From contig JBIOWP010000107.1 in NCBI GenBank assembly GCA_044868695.1, positions 4,966-68,965 on the forward strand: DNA of 64,000 bases, in the 5' to 3' direction. Every line of letters begins with the position of its first letter. Within the stretch, counting starts at the first letter, position 1. This document shows, one piece after another, positions 17,515-27,349 of the stretch. This stretch comes from a bacterium (GTDB taxonomy: Bacteria; Sysuimicrobiota; Sysuimicrobiia; Sysuimicrobiales; Kaftiobacteriaceae). The position numbers and the translations under genes are program-made. A model generated the notes under the pieces. It ran no database searches. It saw only the letters and a program-made list of their open reading frames with translations, and had not been told where the DNA came from.

Positions 17515-19999
17515 TCCGCCTCCGTCCGTCATGCTGACGATCGACGGCACGGCGGTCACCGTCCCCAAGGGAACGACCGTCTACCAGGCCGCGAAGCGGG
17601 CCGGGGTCGAGATCCCCATCTTCTGCTACCACGACCGCATGCCGCCGCTGGGCGCGTGTCGCATGTGCCTGGTGAAGGTGGAGAAGATGGGGAAGCTGCA
17701 GACCTCCTGCACGCTGGAGGCAGCCGAGGGCATGGTCGTATCTACCACCACCCCCGAGGTCAAGGCCGGGCAGGAGGCCATTCTCGAGTTCCTGCTCATC
17801 AACCACCCGCTGGACTGTCCCATCTGCGACAAAGGCGGGGAGTGCCCGCTGCAGGATCAGACGTACAAGTATGGGCCGGGCCGCAGCCGCTTTGTCGAGA
17901 TGAAGCGCGACTTTGCCAAGCCGGTGTCGCTGGGCCGGGTGCTGGTGCTGGACCGCGAGCGCTGCATCCTCTGCTGGCGGTGTGTGCGCTTCGGGGAGAT
18001 CATCGCCGGCGACAATGCACTGAAGGGGTTCGAGCGCGGGTTCAGCAGCGAAATCAACACGCCGTTCACGCTGCCGGTGGAATCGAAGTTCATCGGGAAC
18101 ACCATCGCCATCTGTCCGGTGGGGGCGCTGACGGCGAAGACCTACCGGTTCGTCGCCCGGCCGTGGGACAATCAGTCTGTCCCCAGCGTCTGCACGCTGT
18201 GCGGGGTGGGCTGCGCCGTGGAGTTCGACGTCCGCGGCGGGGCGATCGCCCGGACCCGCGCCCGCGAGCAGCCGGCGATCAATGACATCTGGCTGTGCGA
18301 CCTGGGTTTCTTCGGCCATGGGTACGTGGCCCATCCTGACCGGCTGCGCACGCCGCTGGTGCGCCGCGACGGGCGGCTGGTCGAGGCGACGTGGGACGAG
18401 GCGCTCGACCTGGTGGCGCGGCGCCTGCGGGCCGCCCCGCCGCCACGCGTGGCCATGCTGGGTGGCGCGCGGCTGACTAATGAGGACGCATACGTGGCCG
18501 GCCGTTTCTTCCGCGGCATCGTGGGGACCAACCACCTGGACCACCGTGCCGATGCGTGGCCGGGGAGCGCGAGTCTGCTGGTCCCCTGGGGCATGACGGC
18601 GTCCATCGCCGATGTGGATGGAGCCGACGTCATCCTGCTGGCCGGCTGCGACATCACGGAAGAGTACCCCGTCCTCTGGCTTCGAATGAAGCGGGCCGCC
18701 GACCGCGGGGCGAAGATCGTGGTCGTCACGCCAAAGGCGCTGGAGATCGGCCGCGCCGTGGCGCACCACCTCGTGCACCGCTATGGGGAAGGCGCCGCGG
18801 TCATCCGGGCTCTCGCCCAACAGCGAACGGCTCAGGACGGCGCCGGCGGTGTGTCAGGGGAGGCCATCGCCGCCTCCGGGGCCGTGCTTGAGCATGCGGC
18901 GCGCCCGGTCGTCATGATCGGCCGCCTGGCTCTGGATGCCCCCGACGGCGCTGAGACCTACGCCGCGGTGCGCGACATCGCCGCGACATTGGGGTCGTCT
19001 GTCAATGTCCTGCGCGGCAAGAGCAACGCCTTCGGGGCATCGCTCGCGGGACTGCTGCCGTCGACGGGTCCCGGCGGGCGCCCGATCGCGGAGATGGCGC
19101 AGGACCTCCACGCGCTGTGGGGGAGGGCGGTTCCCGGCGACGCCGGGATGAGTGCGCCTGAGATCATCGAGGCCGCGGGAGGGGGCAGGCTTGATGTGCT
19201 GTACGTGGTGGCCTCCGATCCGGCCACGGACGTGCCCGACCGCGCGCGCTGGACTGAGGCCCGCGCGCGCCTCCCGTTCCTCGTGGTGCAGGACGCCTTT
19301 CTCTCGCAGACTGCCCAGGCGGCGGACGTGGTGCTGCCGGCGCTCGTCGCGCCGGAAAAAGACGGCACCGTCAGTAATCTCGAAGGACGCATCCAGCGGC
19401 TGCATGCCGCCGTGGCCGGCCCCGGGGAGGCGTGGGCCGACACCGCGATCTTCACTGCGCTGGCCGCCCGCCTGGGCCGCGCGGCGGTGGCCTACAGCGG
19501 GTGGGACGAAATTTTTGACGAGATGCGCAGCCTCATTCCTGGGCTCGCCATTGACGAACGCATCCAACTGCCGGGCCCCACCGGAGCCCGGAGCCCGGAG
19601 CCCGAAGCCCGTCCCGCCGGCGCTGCCGACGCCGACTACCCATTCATCCTCATCACGGGTGACGTGCTGTTCGACCGCGGGGCGATGACCTCACGCAGCA
19701 AAGCGATTGCCGACCTGGCCGGCGAGCCGTCGGCGCTGATCCATCCCGACGACGCGGTGCGCGCGCACGTCGCCGACGGCGACCCGGTGGTCCTTCGGTC
19801 GCGGCGCGGAGCTGTGGCGGTCCGGGCCAGGCTGTCGTCTGCGCTCCTCCCGGGCCAGGTGTTCGTCCCCCGCGGGTACGACGCCGCGCCGGCGAATGCG
19901 CTGGTTGACCTGGCAGAGCCGTTCACCCGGGTGCGCGTAAGCACGCTGGTGCCGGTCGCGGGGGGCTCCACGTCCCCCGGAGAAGGCGGCGCGCCGTGA
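17507..19999 (+). CDS. nuoG: NADH-quinone oxidoreductase subunit G
   Basis: CYH...GACRMC...TSC, HPLDCPICDKGGEC, CILCWRC...CPVGAL, CTLCGVGC; molybdopterin-oxidoreductase-like C-terminal region. Confidence 0.95.
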   Translation: MPNPPPSVMLTIDGTAVTVPKGTTVYQAAKRAGVEIPIFCYHDRMPPLGACRMCLVKVEKMGKLQTSCTLEAAEGMVVSTTTPEVKAGQEAILEFLLINHPLDCPICDKGGECPLQDQTYKYGPGRSRFVEMKRDFAKPVSLGRVLVLDRERCILCWRCVRFGEIIAGDNALKGFERGFSSEINTPFTLPVESKFIGNTIAICPVGALTAKTYRFVARPWDNQSVPSVCTLCGVGCAVEFDVRGGAIARTRAREQPAINDIWLCDLGFFGHGYVAHPDRLRTPLVRRDGRLVEATWDEALDLVARRLRAAPPPRVAMLGGARLTNEDAYVAGRFFRGIVGTNHLDHRADAWPGSASLLVPWGMTASIADVDGADVILLAGCDITEEYPVLWLRMKRAADRGAKIVVVTPKALEIGRAVAHHLVHRYGEGAAVIRALAQQRTAQDGAGGVSGEAIAASGAVLEHAARPVVMIGRLALDAPDGAETYAAVRDIAATLGSSVNVLRGKSNAFGASLAGLLPSTGPGGRPIAEMAQDLHALWGRAVPGDAGMSAPEIIEAAGGGRLDVLYVVASDPATDVPDRARWTEARARLPFLVVQDAFLSQTAQAADVVLPALVAPEKDGTVSNLEGRIQRLHAAVAGPGEAWADTAIFTALAARLGRAAVAYSGWDEIFDEMRSLIPGLAIDERIQLPGPTGARSPEPEARPAGAADADYPFILITGDVLFDRGAMTSRSKAIADLAGEPSALIHPDDAVRAHVADGDPVVLRSRRGAVAVRARLSSALLPGQVFVPRGYDAAPANALVDLAEPFTRVRVSTLVPVAGGSTSPGEGGAP

Positions 20000-20979
20000 C
20001 CGAGCTCGCCATCGCCGCCGTGAAGAGCGCCATCCTCTTATTCATCCTGCTGACGGCGTGTGCGTACATGACGCTGCTGGAACGGCGGCTGCTGGGCAAG
20101 TTTCAAGTCCGTTACGGCCCGAACCGCGTCGGTCCGTTCGGCCTGCTGCAGCCGCTGGCGGATGGGCTGAAACTCATCTTTAAGGAAAGTTTCATGCCCT
20201 CCGGAGTGGATGTCGTCGTCTACTGGCTGGCCCCCGCGCTCTCGATGATCACCGCGCTCTTTGTGTACTCGGTGATCCCGTTTGGTCCGGAGGTGACACT
20301 GTTCGGGACGCAAGTGCCGCTGCGGCTGGCCGATGTCAACGTGGGGATCCTGCTGATCCTCGCGACGTCGTCCATCGGCGTGTACGGTATCATCCTGGGC
20401 GGATGGTCATCGAATAACAAGTACTCGCTGTTGGGCAGCCTGCGCAGCAGCGCGCAGCTGATCAGTTACGAACTCGCCCTGGGGCTGGCGGTCATCTCGG
20501 TGGTGCTGACCGCCGGGTCGATGAGCCTGGTCGACATCGTACTCTCACAGCGCCGGATCTGGTTCGCCGCGGTGCAGCCGCTGGGGTTCGTCATCTTCAT
20601 GATCGCGGCGGTGGCGGAGACCAACCGCGCGCCGTTCGACCTGCCGGAGGCCGAGCAGGAGCTGATCGCCGGCTACCAGACCGAGTACGGAGGGTTCAAG
20701 TTCGCCATGTTCTACATCGGCGAATACATCGCCATCGTCACGATGAGCGCGCTGGCCACCACGCTCTTCTGGGGCGGGTGGCTGGGGCCGGTGCTGCCCG
20801 GTGTGGTGTGGTTTGCGCTGAAGACGTTCGTCTTCATCTTCATCTTCATCTGGCTGCGGGCCACGCTACCCCGGGTGAGGCACGACCAGCTGATGGCCCT
20901 GGGCTGGAAGGTCCTCATCCCCCTCGGCCTGCTCAACGTTGTCGCCACATCGGTCATTGTGATCGTGGGGCAGATCTGA
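19996..20979 (+). CDS. nuoH: NADH-quinone oxidoreductase subunit H
   Basis: ERRLLG..Q.R.GPNRVG, QPLADGLKL, AETNRAPFDLPEAE. Confidence 0.97.
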   Translation: MTELAIAAVKSAILLFILLTACAYMTLLERRLLGKFQVRYGPNRVGPFGLLQPLADGLKLIFKESFMPSGVDVVVYWLAPALSMITALFVYSVIPFGPEVTLFGTQVPLRLADVNVGILLILATSSIGVYGIILGGWSSNNKYSLLGSLRSSAQLISYELALGLAVISVVLTAGSMSLVDIVLSQRRIWFAAVQPLGFVIFMIAAVAETNRAPFDLPEAEQELIAGYQTEYGGFKFAMFYIGEYIAIVTMSALATTLFWGGWLGPVLPGVVWFALKTFVFIFIFIWLRATLPRVRHDQLMALGWKVLIPLGLLNVVATSVIVIVGQI

Positions 20980-21464
20980 TGGCGACGCTTGGACGGCAGG
21001 TCCGGCAAGGGCTGGCCATGCTGCGGGGCATGGCCATCACGTTCCGGTACTTGTTCCGCCCGCCGATCACCGTGCGCTATCCGGAGGAGAAGCGCGCCGC
21101 CGTCCAGCCGCGCTTCAAGGGCCGGCACTGGCTCACGCTGTACCAGGACGGCATGGAGCGGTGCGTGGGGTGCGAGCTGTGCGTGATCGTCTGCCCCTCG
21201 CAGGCCATCTACGTTCGCGCCGCGGAGAACACGCCGGAACACCAGGTCAGCAAGGGCGAACGCTACGCTGCCGACTTCCAGATCAACGAGCTGCGCTGCA
21301 TCTTCTGCGGGTTCTGTGAGGAGGCGTGTCCCACCGGCGCCATCGTGCTGGGGCGGGAGTACGAGCTGGCCAGCTACACCCGTCGGGAGATGGTCTACAC
21401 CAAGCCGACCCTCACGGAACCCTATCCGGGGGCGTCGGGGCGCGATCCGGCTCGAGAAGTCTGA
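20979..21464 (+). CDS. nuoI: NADH-quinone oxidoreductase subunit I
   Basis: [19 protein letters not shown] and [12 protein letters not shown] (two 4Fe-4S motifs). Confidence 0.96.
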   Translation: MATLGRQVRQGLAMLRGMAITFRYLFRPPITVRYPEEKRAAVQPRFKGRHWLTLYQDGMERCVGCELCVIVCPSQAIYVRAAENTPEHQVSKGERYAADFQINELRCIFCGFCEEACPTGAIVLGREYELASYTRREMVYTKPTLTEPYPGASGRDPAREV

Positions 21465-21979
21465 TGGAAGTCATCGTCTTCGTCGTTGCGGCCATCGGCG
21501 CGCTCGCCGGCGGGCTCGGGGTCATCGGCAACCGCCTGCCGGTGCGCAGCGCCCTGTCGCTCCTGCTGGTGCTGGGCAGCCTGGCGGTGATGTATCTCCT
21601 GCTGGCCGCGCAGTTCATCGCCGTACTGCAGGTCATCGTGTATGCCGGCGCCATCGTCGTGCTGTTTCTCTTCGTCATCATGCTCCTGCACGGACAACTG
21701 GGGAAGCGATCGCCCGACAAGCTGCGCTGGCAGCTGCCGGCCGGGATTGTGCTGGCCGCCGTCTTCCTGTCCATCCTGCTGTTCACCATCCGGTACGGCA
21801 CCGGCCCGGCCGCGGCGCCCCTCCCTCCGGAGTTCGGGACCGCCCAGTCGGTGGGCCGCACCTTGTTCACATCGTTCCTGCTCCCGTTCGAAGCGGCGTC
21901 CGTGATTCTCATCGTGGGGATCATCGCCGCCGTCGTCATCGGCCGTCCCGTGGCGTCCTCGCAGGCGGACCGGCGATGA
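21464..21979 (+). CDS. nuoJ: NADH-quinone oxidoreductase subunit J
   Basis: [36 protein letters not shown]. Confidence 0.95.
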   Translation: MEVIVFVVAAIGALAGGLGVIGNRLPVRSALSLLLVLGSLAVMYLLLAAQFIAVLQVIVYAGAIVVLFLFVIMLLHGQLGKRSPDKLRWQLPAGIVLAAVFLSILLFTIRYGTGPAAAPLPPEFGTAQSVGRTLFTSFLLPFEAASVILIVGIIAAVVIGRPVASSQADRR

Positions 21980-22281
21980 CCGTGCCCATCTCAGCATATC
22001 TCGCCCTGAGCGCGCTGCTGTTCACGCTGGGCACCGCCGGCGTGCTGCTGCGCCGGAATGCGCTCGTGGTGTTCATGTCCATCGAGCTGATGCTCAACGC
22101 GGTCAACCTCACGTTCGTCGCCTTCGCCCGCCAGCTCGCCGCCATGGGCGGCCAGGTTGCGGTGTTCTTCGTGGTCGTCGTGGCGGCCGTAGAAGTGGTC
22201 GTGGGGCTGGCGATCATCATCGCCATCTTCCGGACGCGCGACACCGTCGACGTCGACAACGTGGACCTTCTGCGCGGATAG
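21976..22281 (+). CDS. nuoK: NADH-quinone oxidoreductase subunit K
   Basis: [30 protein letters not shown]. Confidence 0.96.
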   Translation: MTVPISAYLALSALLFTLGTAGVLLRRNALVVFMSIELMLNAVNLTFVAFARQLAAMGGQVAVFFVVVVAAVEVVVGLAIIIAIFRTRDTVDVDNVDLLRG

Positions 22282-22289
22282 GAGGGCCG

Positions 22290-24137
22290 GTGGAACTCGC
22301 GCTGATCATCACATTCCCGCTCGCCGGCTGGCTGATCAACGGGCTGGTTGGCGGCCGTCTCCCCCGGTGGCTGGTGAGCACAGTCGCCAGCGGGACGGTG
22401 GCCCTGGCCTTTGCGGCCACCGTGGTCGCGGCGCGCGACCCGCGCGTCGCCGGCGACGGGCTCCGCGTGACGCTGGTGAACTGGATGGCGGCGGGGGACT
22501 TTGCCGTGACCGCCGGATTGCTCCTGGACCGGCTGTCCGCCATGATGGCGCTGGTCGTCACCGGCGTGGGATTCGTGATCCACGTCTATTCCACCGGGTA
22601 CATGGCGGGCGACCCCGCCTACGCGCGCTACTTTGCATACCTGAACCTCTTCATTGCGTCGATGCTGCTCCTCGTGCTGGGCAGCAACCTCCTGGTGTTG
22701 TTCGTCGGATGGGAACTGGTCGGATTGTGCTCGTTTCTGCTGATCGGGTTCTGGTTCGACCGGGAGCGCGCCGCGAATGCCGGCCGCAAAGCGTTCGTCG
22801 TCAATCGGATCGGCGATGCGGGGTTCCTGCTGGGCATCCTGCTGCTTGCGACCACCGCGGGCACACTGGAGTTTTCCGCCCTCGCGCAGGCCGCGGGCGG
22901 GCTGGCCCCGCCCGTGCTCACCGGGGCCACGCTGCTCCTGTTTGTCGGGGCCACCGGCAAATCGGCGCAGCTGCCGCTGTACGTGTGGCTGCCGGACGCC
23001 ATGGAAGGGCCGACGCCTGTGTCGGCGCTGATCCACGCCGCCACCATGGTCACCGCGGGCGTCTACATGATCGCCCGCCTTCACCCGCTGTTTCTCCGTG
23101 CCGACCTGACGCTGTCCGTGGTGGCGGCCGTCGGCGCCGCGACCGCGGTCTTTGCCGCGACCGCGGCGCTGGTGGAGTGGGATCTGAAGCGTGTGCTGGC
23201 CTACTCTACCATCAGTCAGCTGGGCTACATGTTCCTGGCGATGGGCGTCGGGGCGATGCCCGCCGGCCTGTTCCACCTGACGACCCACGCCTTCTTCAAG
23301 GCCCTGCTGTTCCTCGCGGCCGGCAGCGTCATGCATGCGATGCACGGGGTCGTCGACCTGCGCGCGCTGGGCGGGCTGGCCGGGCCGATGCGCTGGACGG
23401 CGCTGGGGTTCATCGTGGGTGCGCTCGCGCTGGCAGGGATCCCGCCGTTCGCCGGCTTCTTCAGCAAGGACCTGATCCTTGAACACGTCTTTGCCGCCGC
23501 GCAGCACGGCGGGGCGCCAGTGCTCTGGCTGGTCGGTCTGGCCACCGCGTATGTCACCGCGGTGTACATCACGCGCGCCGTGGTGCTGGCGTTCCTGCCG
23601 CCGGCGGCGCACCACGGTCAGCCCCACGAGGCTCCGCTGTCTATGGGCTGGCCGATGGCGGTGCTCGCCGCCCTCTCGGTCGCCGGGGGCGCCCTGGGCG
23701 GCCGGTTCGCCGGCGCACCGCTGCTCGGCAGCCTCGACGCGTTTTTTGGGATCGGGCCCGCGGGGGAATCTGTGCCCGCCCCGCTGCTGACTGGGCTTTC
23801 GGTCGCCGCCGGTGCGCTGGGCGTCGTCACCGGACTGTTCCTGTACCGCGGACGGCGCGGCGTGACCCTCGGTGCCGCCGGCCGCCTCCTCGAGCGACGG
23901 TGGTACGTCGAGGCGTTCTACGACGCCGCGATCGTCGCACCGGCGACCTCCCTGGCGCGCGCGCTCGCCGATGTCGTGGAAACCCGTGGCATCGATGGCG
24001 CGGTGAATGGGGTGGCCGCGCTGGTGGGCCGCGCAGGCCTCGCGCTGCGCCGGGCGCAGACGGGCTACGTGAGGAATTACGCGGCCGCCATTCTGGCGGG
24101 GACGATTCTCATGCTCGGGTACTGGCTGCTCAGGTGA
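22290..24137 (+). CDS. nuoL: NADH-quinone oxidoreductase subunit L
   Basis: GKSAQLPLYVWLPDAMEGPTPVSALIHAATMV, YSTISQLGYM, HAFFKALLF. Confidence 0.97.
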   Translation: MELALIITFPLAGWLINGLVGGRLPRWLVSTVASGTVALAFAATVVAARDPRVAGDGLRVTLVNWMAAGDFAVTAGLLLDRLSAMMALVVTGVGFVIHVYSTGYMAGDPAYARYFAYLNLFIASMLLLVLGSNLLVLFVGWELVGLCSFLLIGFWFDRERAANAGRKAFVVNRIGDAGFLLGILLLATTAGTLEFSALAQAAGGLAPPVLTGATLLLFVGATGKSAQLPLYVWLPDAMEGPTPVSALIHAATMVTAGVYMIARLHPLFLRADLTLSVVAAVGAATAVFAATAALVEWDLKRVLAYSTISQLGYMFLAMGVGAMPAGLFHLTTHAFFKALLFLAAGSVMHAMHGVVDLRALGGLAGPMRWTALGFIVGALALAGIPPFAGFFSKDLILEHVFAAAQHGGAPVLWLVGLATAYVTAVYITRAVVLAFLPPAAHHGQPHEAPLSMGWPMAVLAALSVAGGALGGRFAGAPLLGSLDAFFGIGPAGESVPAPLLTGLSVAAGALGVVTGLFLYRGRRGVTLGAAGRLLERRWYVEAFYDAAIVAPATSLARALADVVETRGIDGAVNGVAALVGRAGLALRRAQTGYVRNYAAAILAGTILMLGYWLLR

Positions 24138-24165
24138 TGCGGGAACCCGCAGGCGCGATCTTTAT

Positions 24166-24243
24166 GTCATTGCGAGGAGCGAAGCGACGAAGCAATCTCC
24201 TCGTACGAGGGGATCGCCACGGCCCTACGGGCCTCGCGATGAC
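24166..24243. repeat. 78-bp REP-like palindromic element between nuoL and nuoM
   Basis: Terminal inverted repeats GTCATTGCGAGG...CCTCGCGATGAC enclosing GAGCGAAGCGACGAAGCAATCTC and internal hairpin GGCCCTACGGGCC. Confidence 0.8.
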
Positions 24244-24255
24244 TGCCGGTGATCC

Positions 24256-25767
24256 ATGGTAGGCGTGCCGTTGCTCACGATCCTGATATTTCTACCGCTG
24301 GCGGTGGCCGGCATCGTGGCATTGCTGGATCGGCGGCACACTCACGCGCTGTACGGCGTGGGCATGGCCGGCATGGCCGGCGCGTTCGCGGTTTCGGCCG
24401 TCCTGTTCGCGCGCTTTGATCCCGCGTCCGCGGCGCTGCAGTTTGTGGAGCGCTCCGCGTGGATTCCCTCCGCGGGGATCAGCTATCAGGTCGGCATCGA
24501 CGGCATCTCGCTGCCGCTGGTGATGCTCACGACCGTCATCCTGCCGCTCGCGCTGCTGTCGGCGTGGGGATCGATCACCGACCGGGTCAAGGAGTTCGTC
24601 GTGAGCATGCTGGTGCTGGAGACGGCGCTGCTGGGGACCTTTCTCGCCGCGGACCTGGTGCTGTTCTACGTCTTCTGGGAGGCCGTCCTCATCCCGATGT
24701 ACTTCATCATCGGGGTGTGGGGCGGCCCGCGGCGCTCCTACGCCGCGATCAAGTTCATTCTCTATACCATGGCCGGCAGCGCGCTCATGCTGGTGGCGAT
24801 CCTGGTCCTCTACCTGCACAGCGGGCCGGCCGGGGAGCGGACATTTGACCTGGCCGTCCTGCGCGCGGTCCGGGTCGCGATGCCCCTGCAGGCGTGGTTG
24901 TTCGGCGCGTTCGCGCTGGCGTTCGCGATCAAGGTGCCGGTCTGGCCGCTGCACACCTGGCTCCCCGACGCGCACGTGGAGGCGCCCACCGCCGGCAGTG
25001 TGGTGCTCGCGGCGGTGCTGCTGAAGATGGGGACGTACGGATTCCTGCGCTTCCTCCTGCCGCTGTTCCCGCAGGCCTCTCATCAGTTTGCGCCGCTGCT
25101 CTCGACCCTGGCGATCATCGGCATCGTGTACGGCGGGATCGTCTCGTGGGCGCAGCGCGACGTGAAGCGGTTGGTTGCGATGAGCAGCGTGAGCCACCTC
25201 GGGCTGGTGACGCTGGGCGTGTTTGCGTTCACCGTCGAGGCCGTGCAGGGCAGCCTGCTGCAGATGGTCAATCACGGGCTCAGCACCGGCGGATTATTCT
25301 TGATCGTCGGCGTGCTGTACGATCGCACGCATTCTCGGCTCCTGGACGACTACGGCGGCGTAGCGGCGTTGATGCCGCGCTTCATGCCGCTGGCGCTGAT
25401 CGTGACGCTGTCGTCGATGGCGCTGCCGGGGACCAACGGGTTCGTCGGTGAGTTCCTCGTCCTGCTGGGAACGTTTACGGTGCGCCCCGCCTATGCCGCT
25501 GCGGCGGTGACCGGCGTGATCCTGTCGGCGATCTACCTGCTGTGGATGTACCAGCGCGTGATGCAGGGCCCGGTCGCGGTCCGGGACCCCGCGCGCATGG
25601 TGGACGTCTCCCGGCGCGAGCAGTGGCTGTTCATCCCGCTCGTCGCCCTGATCTTCTGGATCGGTCTGCACCCGGCCCCGCTGCTGTCGCGCAGCGAAGC
25701 GACGGTGAGAGCGTTGGTTGAAGACCTGCGGGAACGCGAGAGCGCGGGCGCGGTCACGGTACGATGA
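24256..25767 (+). CDS. nuoM: NADH-quinone oxidoreductase subunit M
   Basis: GIDGIS, FYVFWE, AIKVPVWPLHTWLPDAHVEAP, LLKMGTYG, GFVGE. Confidence 0.97.
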   Translation: MVGVPLLTILIFLPLAVAGIVALLDRRHTHALYGVGMAGMAGAFAVSAVLFARFDPASAALQFVERSAWIPSAGISYQVGIDGISLPLVMLTTVILPLALLSAWGSITDRVKEFVVSMLVLETALLGTFLAADLVLFYVFWEAVLIPMYFIIGVWGGPRRSYAAIKFILYTMAGSALMLVAILVLYLHSGPAGERTFDLAVLRAVRVAMPLQAWLFGAFALAFAIKVPVWPLHTWLPDAHVEAPTAGSVVLAAVLLKMGTYGFLRFLLPLFPQASHQFAPLLSTLAIIGIVYGGIVSWAQRDVKRLVAMSSVSHLGLVTLGVFAFTVEAVQGSLLQMVNHGLSTGGLFLIVGVLYDRTHSRLLDDYGGVAALMPRFMPLALIVTLSSMALPGTNGFVGEFLVLLGTFTVRPAYAAAAVTGVILSAIYLLWMYQRVMQGPVAVRDPARMVDVSRREQWLFIPLVALIFWIGLHPAPLLSRSEATVRALVEDLRERESAGAVTVR

Positions 25768-27194
25768 CCCTCCCCACCGTCGATCTTGCCCTGATCGCCC
25801 CCGAGCTGATCGTGACGGCCACGGCGCTGATGCTGATGGCGCTGGCGGCGGTCCTGCCCGCCGGTCACCGGAACGCGCTGCGCTGGCTGGCCGTCGCCGG
25901 GACCGGGGCGGCACTGGGAGCGGTGCTCGCGCTCGGTCCCGCGCGCGCGGACGCATTCGCCGGGATGTACACGCGCGATGCGCTGACCGAGGTGCTCCAG
26001 GTCACGGCACTGGTGACGGTGCTGCTCGCCGTGTGCCTGTCGGGGGAGTACGTCGAGCGCACGCAGTTCGCCGGCGAGTACTACGCGCTCGTCCTGGCAG
26101 CCGCGCTCGGCGCGATGCTGATGGCCGCCAGTGCGGACCTCCTCATGCTGTTCCTGGGGCTGGAGACGTTATCGATTCCCCTGTACGTGCTGGCGGCGTT
26201 CGCCCGCACGGATCGCCGCTCGCAGGAGGCCGGTCTCAAGTACTTCCTCCTGGGCGCGTTCAGCACGTCGTTCTTCCTGTACGGTATCGCGCTGCTCTTC
26301 GGCGCCTCCGGGTCGACCCAGCTGAGCACGCTGGCGGAGCACGCGCGGGCGCCCAAGATGATCTTTCAGGCCGGCGTGGCGCTGCTGACGATCGGCCTGG
26401 CGTTCAAAGCCGCGGTGGTCCCGTTTCACTCCTGGGCTCCGGATGTCTACGAAGGGGCGCCGCTGCCGGTGACGGCGTACATGGCCGTCATCGCCAAGGT
26501 CGGAGCGTTTGCCGCGCTGCTGCGCGTGTTCGTGGCCGCGCTAGCCCCCCAGGCGGCGCAGTGGACTCCGGTGCTGGCCGCCGTGAGCGTGCTGACGATG
26601 ATCGTGGGCAACGTGGCCGCCCTGCGACAGACCAGCATCAAGCGGATGCTCGCCTACTCGAGCATCGCACACGCCGGCTTCATCCTGACCGGCATCGTCG
26701 CCCGCACCGGAGCCGGCGCCGCCGCCGTGGCGTTCTATCTGCTGGCCTACGCGTTCATGACGCTCGGGGCGTTCGGGGTCGTGCTGATGCTGCAGCGGCG
26801 GGGGGAAGAGGCGGACCAGATTGCGCACCTGTCCGGAGTCGCGCAGCGCTCGCCGGCGCTGGGCGCGGCAATGGCGTTGTTCATGACGTCCCTGGCCGGA
26901 CTGCCTCCGACCGCCGGATTTCTGGCGAAATTCTACGTGTTCACGGCCGTGCTGGACGCCGGGCAGGTCGGCGTGGCGATCGCCGGCGTGCTGGCCAGTG
27001 TCGTGTCCGCGTATTACTACTTCCGGGTGGTGTACACGATGTTTACCGGGGAGCCCGACGCCGAGGTCGGGGCCGCGGGCGGGCGGTGGGTGGCGGCGGC
27101 TGTGGCCGTCACGGCGGCCGGCGTGGTCGCGCTGGGTATCGTGCCCGCGCGGGTCACCGCGTTCGTTCAACAGGTAGCGCAGGCCCTTAAGTGA
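25764..27194 (+). CDS. nuoN: NADH-quinone oxidoreductase subunit N
   Basis: SQEAGLKYFLLG, FKAAVVPFHSWAPDVYEGAP, KRMLAYSSIAHAG, SLAGLPP. Confidence 0.97.
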   Translation: MTLPTVDLALIAPELIVTATALMLMALAAVLPAGHRNALRWLAVAGTGAALGAVLALGPARADAFAGMYTRDALTEVLQVTALVTVLLAVCLSGEYVERTQFAGEYYALVLAAALGAMLMAASADLLMLFLGLETLSIPLYVLAAFARTDRRSQEAGLKYFLLGAFSTSFFLYGIALLFGASGSTQLSTLAEHARAPKMIFQAGVALLTIGLAFKAAVVPFHSWAPDVYEGAPLPVTAYMAVIAKVGAFAALLRVFVAALAPQAAQWTPVLAAVSVLTMIVGNVAALRQTSIKRMLAYSSIAHAGFILTGIVARTGAGAAAVAFYLLAYAFMTLGAFGVVLMLQRRGEEADQIAHLSGVAQRSPALGAAMALFMTSLAGLPPTAGFLAKFYVFTAVLDAGQVGVAIAGVLASVVSAYYYFRVVYTMFTGEPDAEVGAAGGRWVAAAVAVTAAGVVALGIVPARVTAFVQQVAQALK

Positions 27195-27195
27195 C

Positions 27196-27318
27196 GGGAC
27201 CAGGGACCTGGGACCGGGGACCGGAATCAAAGATCAATATGACTCCGCGGTTCAGTTTCTGTCGGTAGGTTCGACGTGAGCATCCACATCTGGTCCCTGG
27301 TCCCCGGTCCCCGGTCCC
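27196..27318. repeat. Inverted pair of GGGACCN heptamer arrays (copy 1)
   Basis: GGGACCA-GGGACCT-GGGACCG-GGGACCG at 27196, complementary (NGGTCCC) array ending 27318, unique spacer between. Confidence 0.85.
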
Positions 27319-27349
27319 GAAGTGTCGAAGCGCGGGGTACTCTCTCTCG

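Noticed and set aside
17183-18820. Long antisense or alternate-frame ORFs (e.g. 17183-18820, 21936-23627, 33623-35095, 38139-39914, 7956-9521, 58838-60214)
   Set aside because: They shadow well-supported genes on the opposite strand, have no motifs, and are expected from stop-codon scarcity in GC-rich DNA.
27196-27318. CRISPR array or IS ends
   Set aside because: Repeat units are 7 bp and directly tandem, without regular spacers; no cas or transposase gene in the window.
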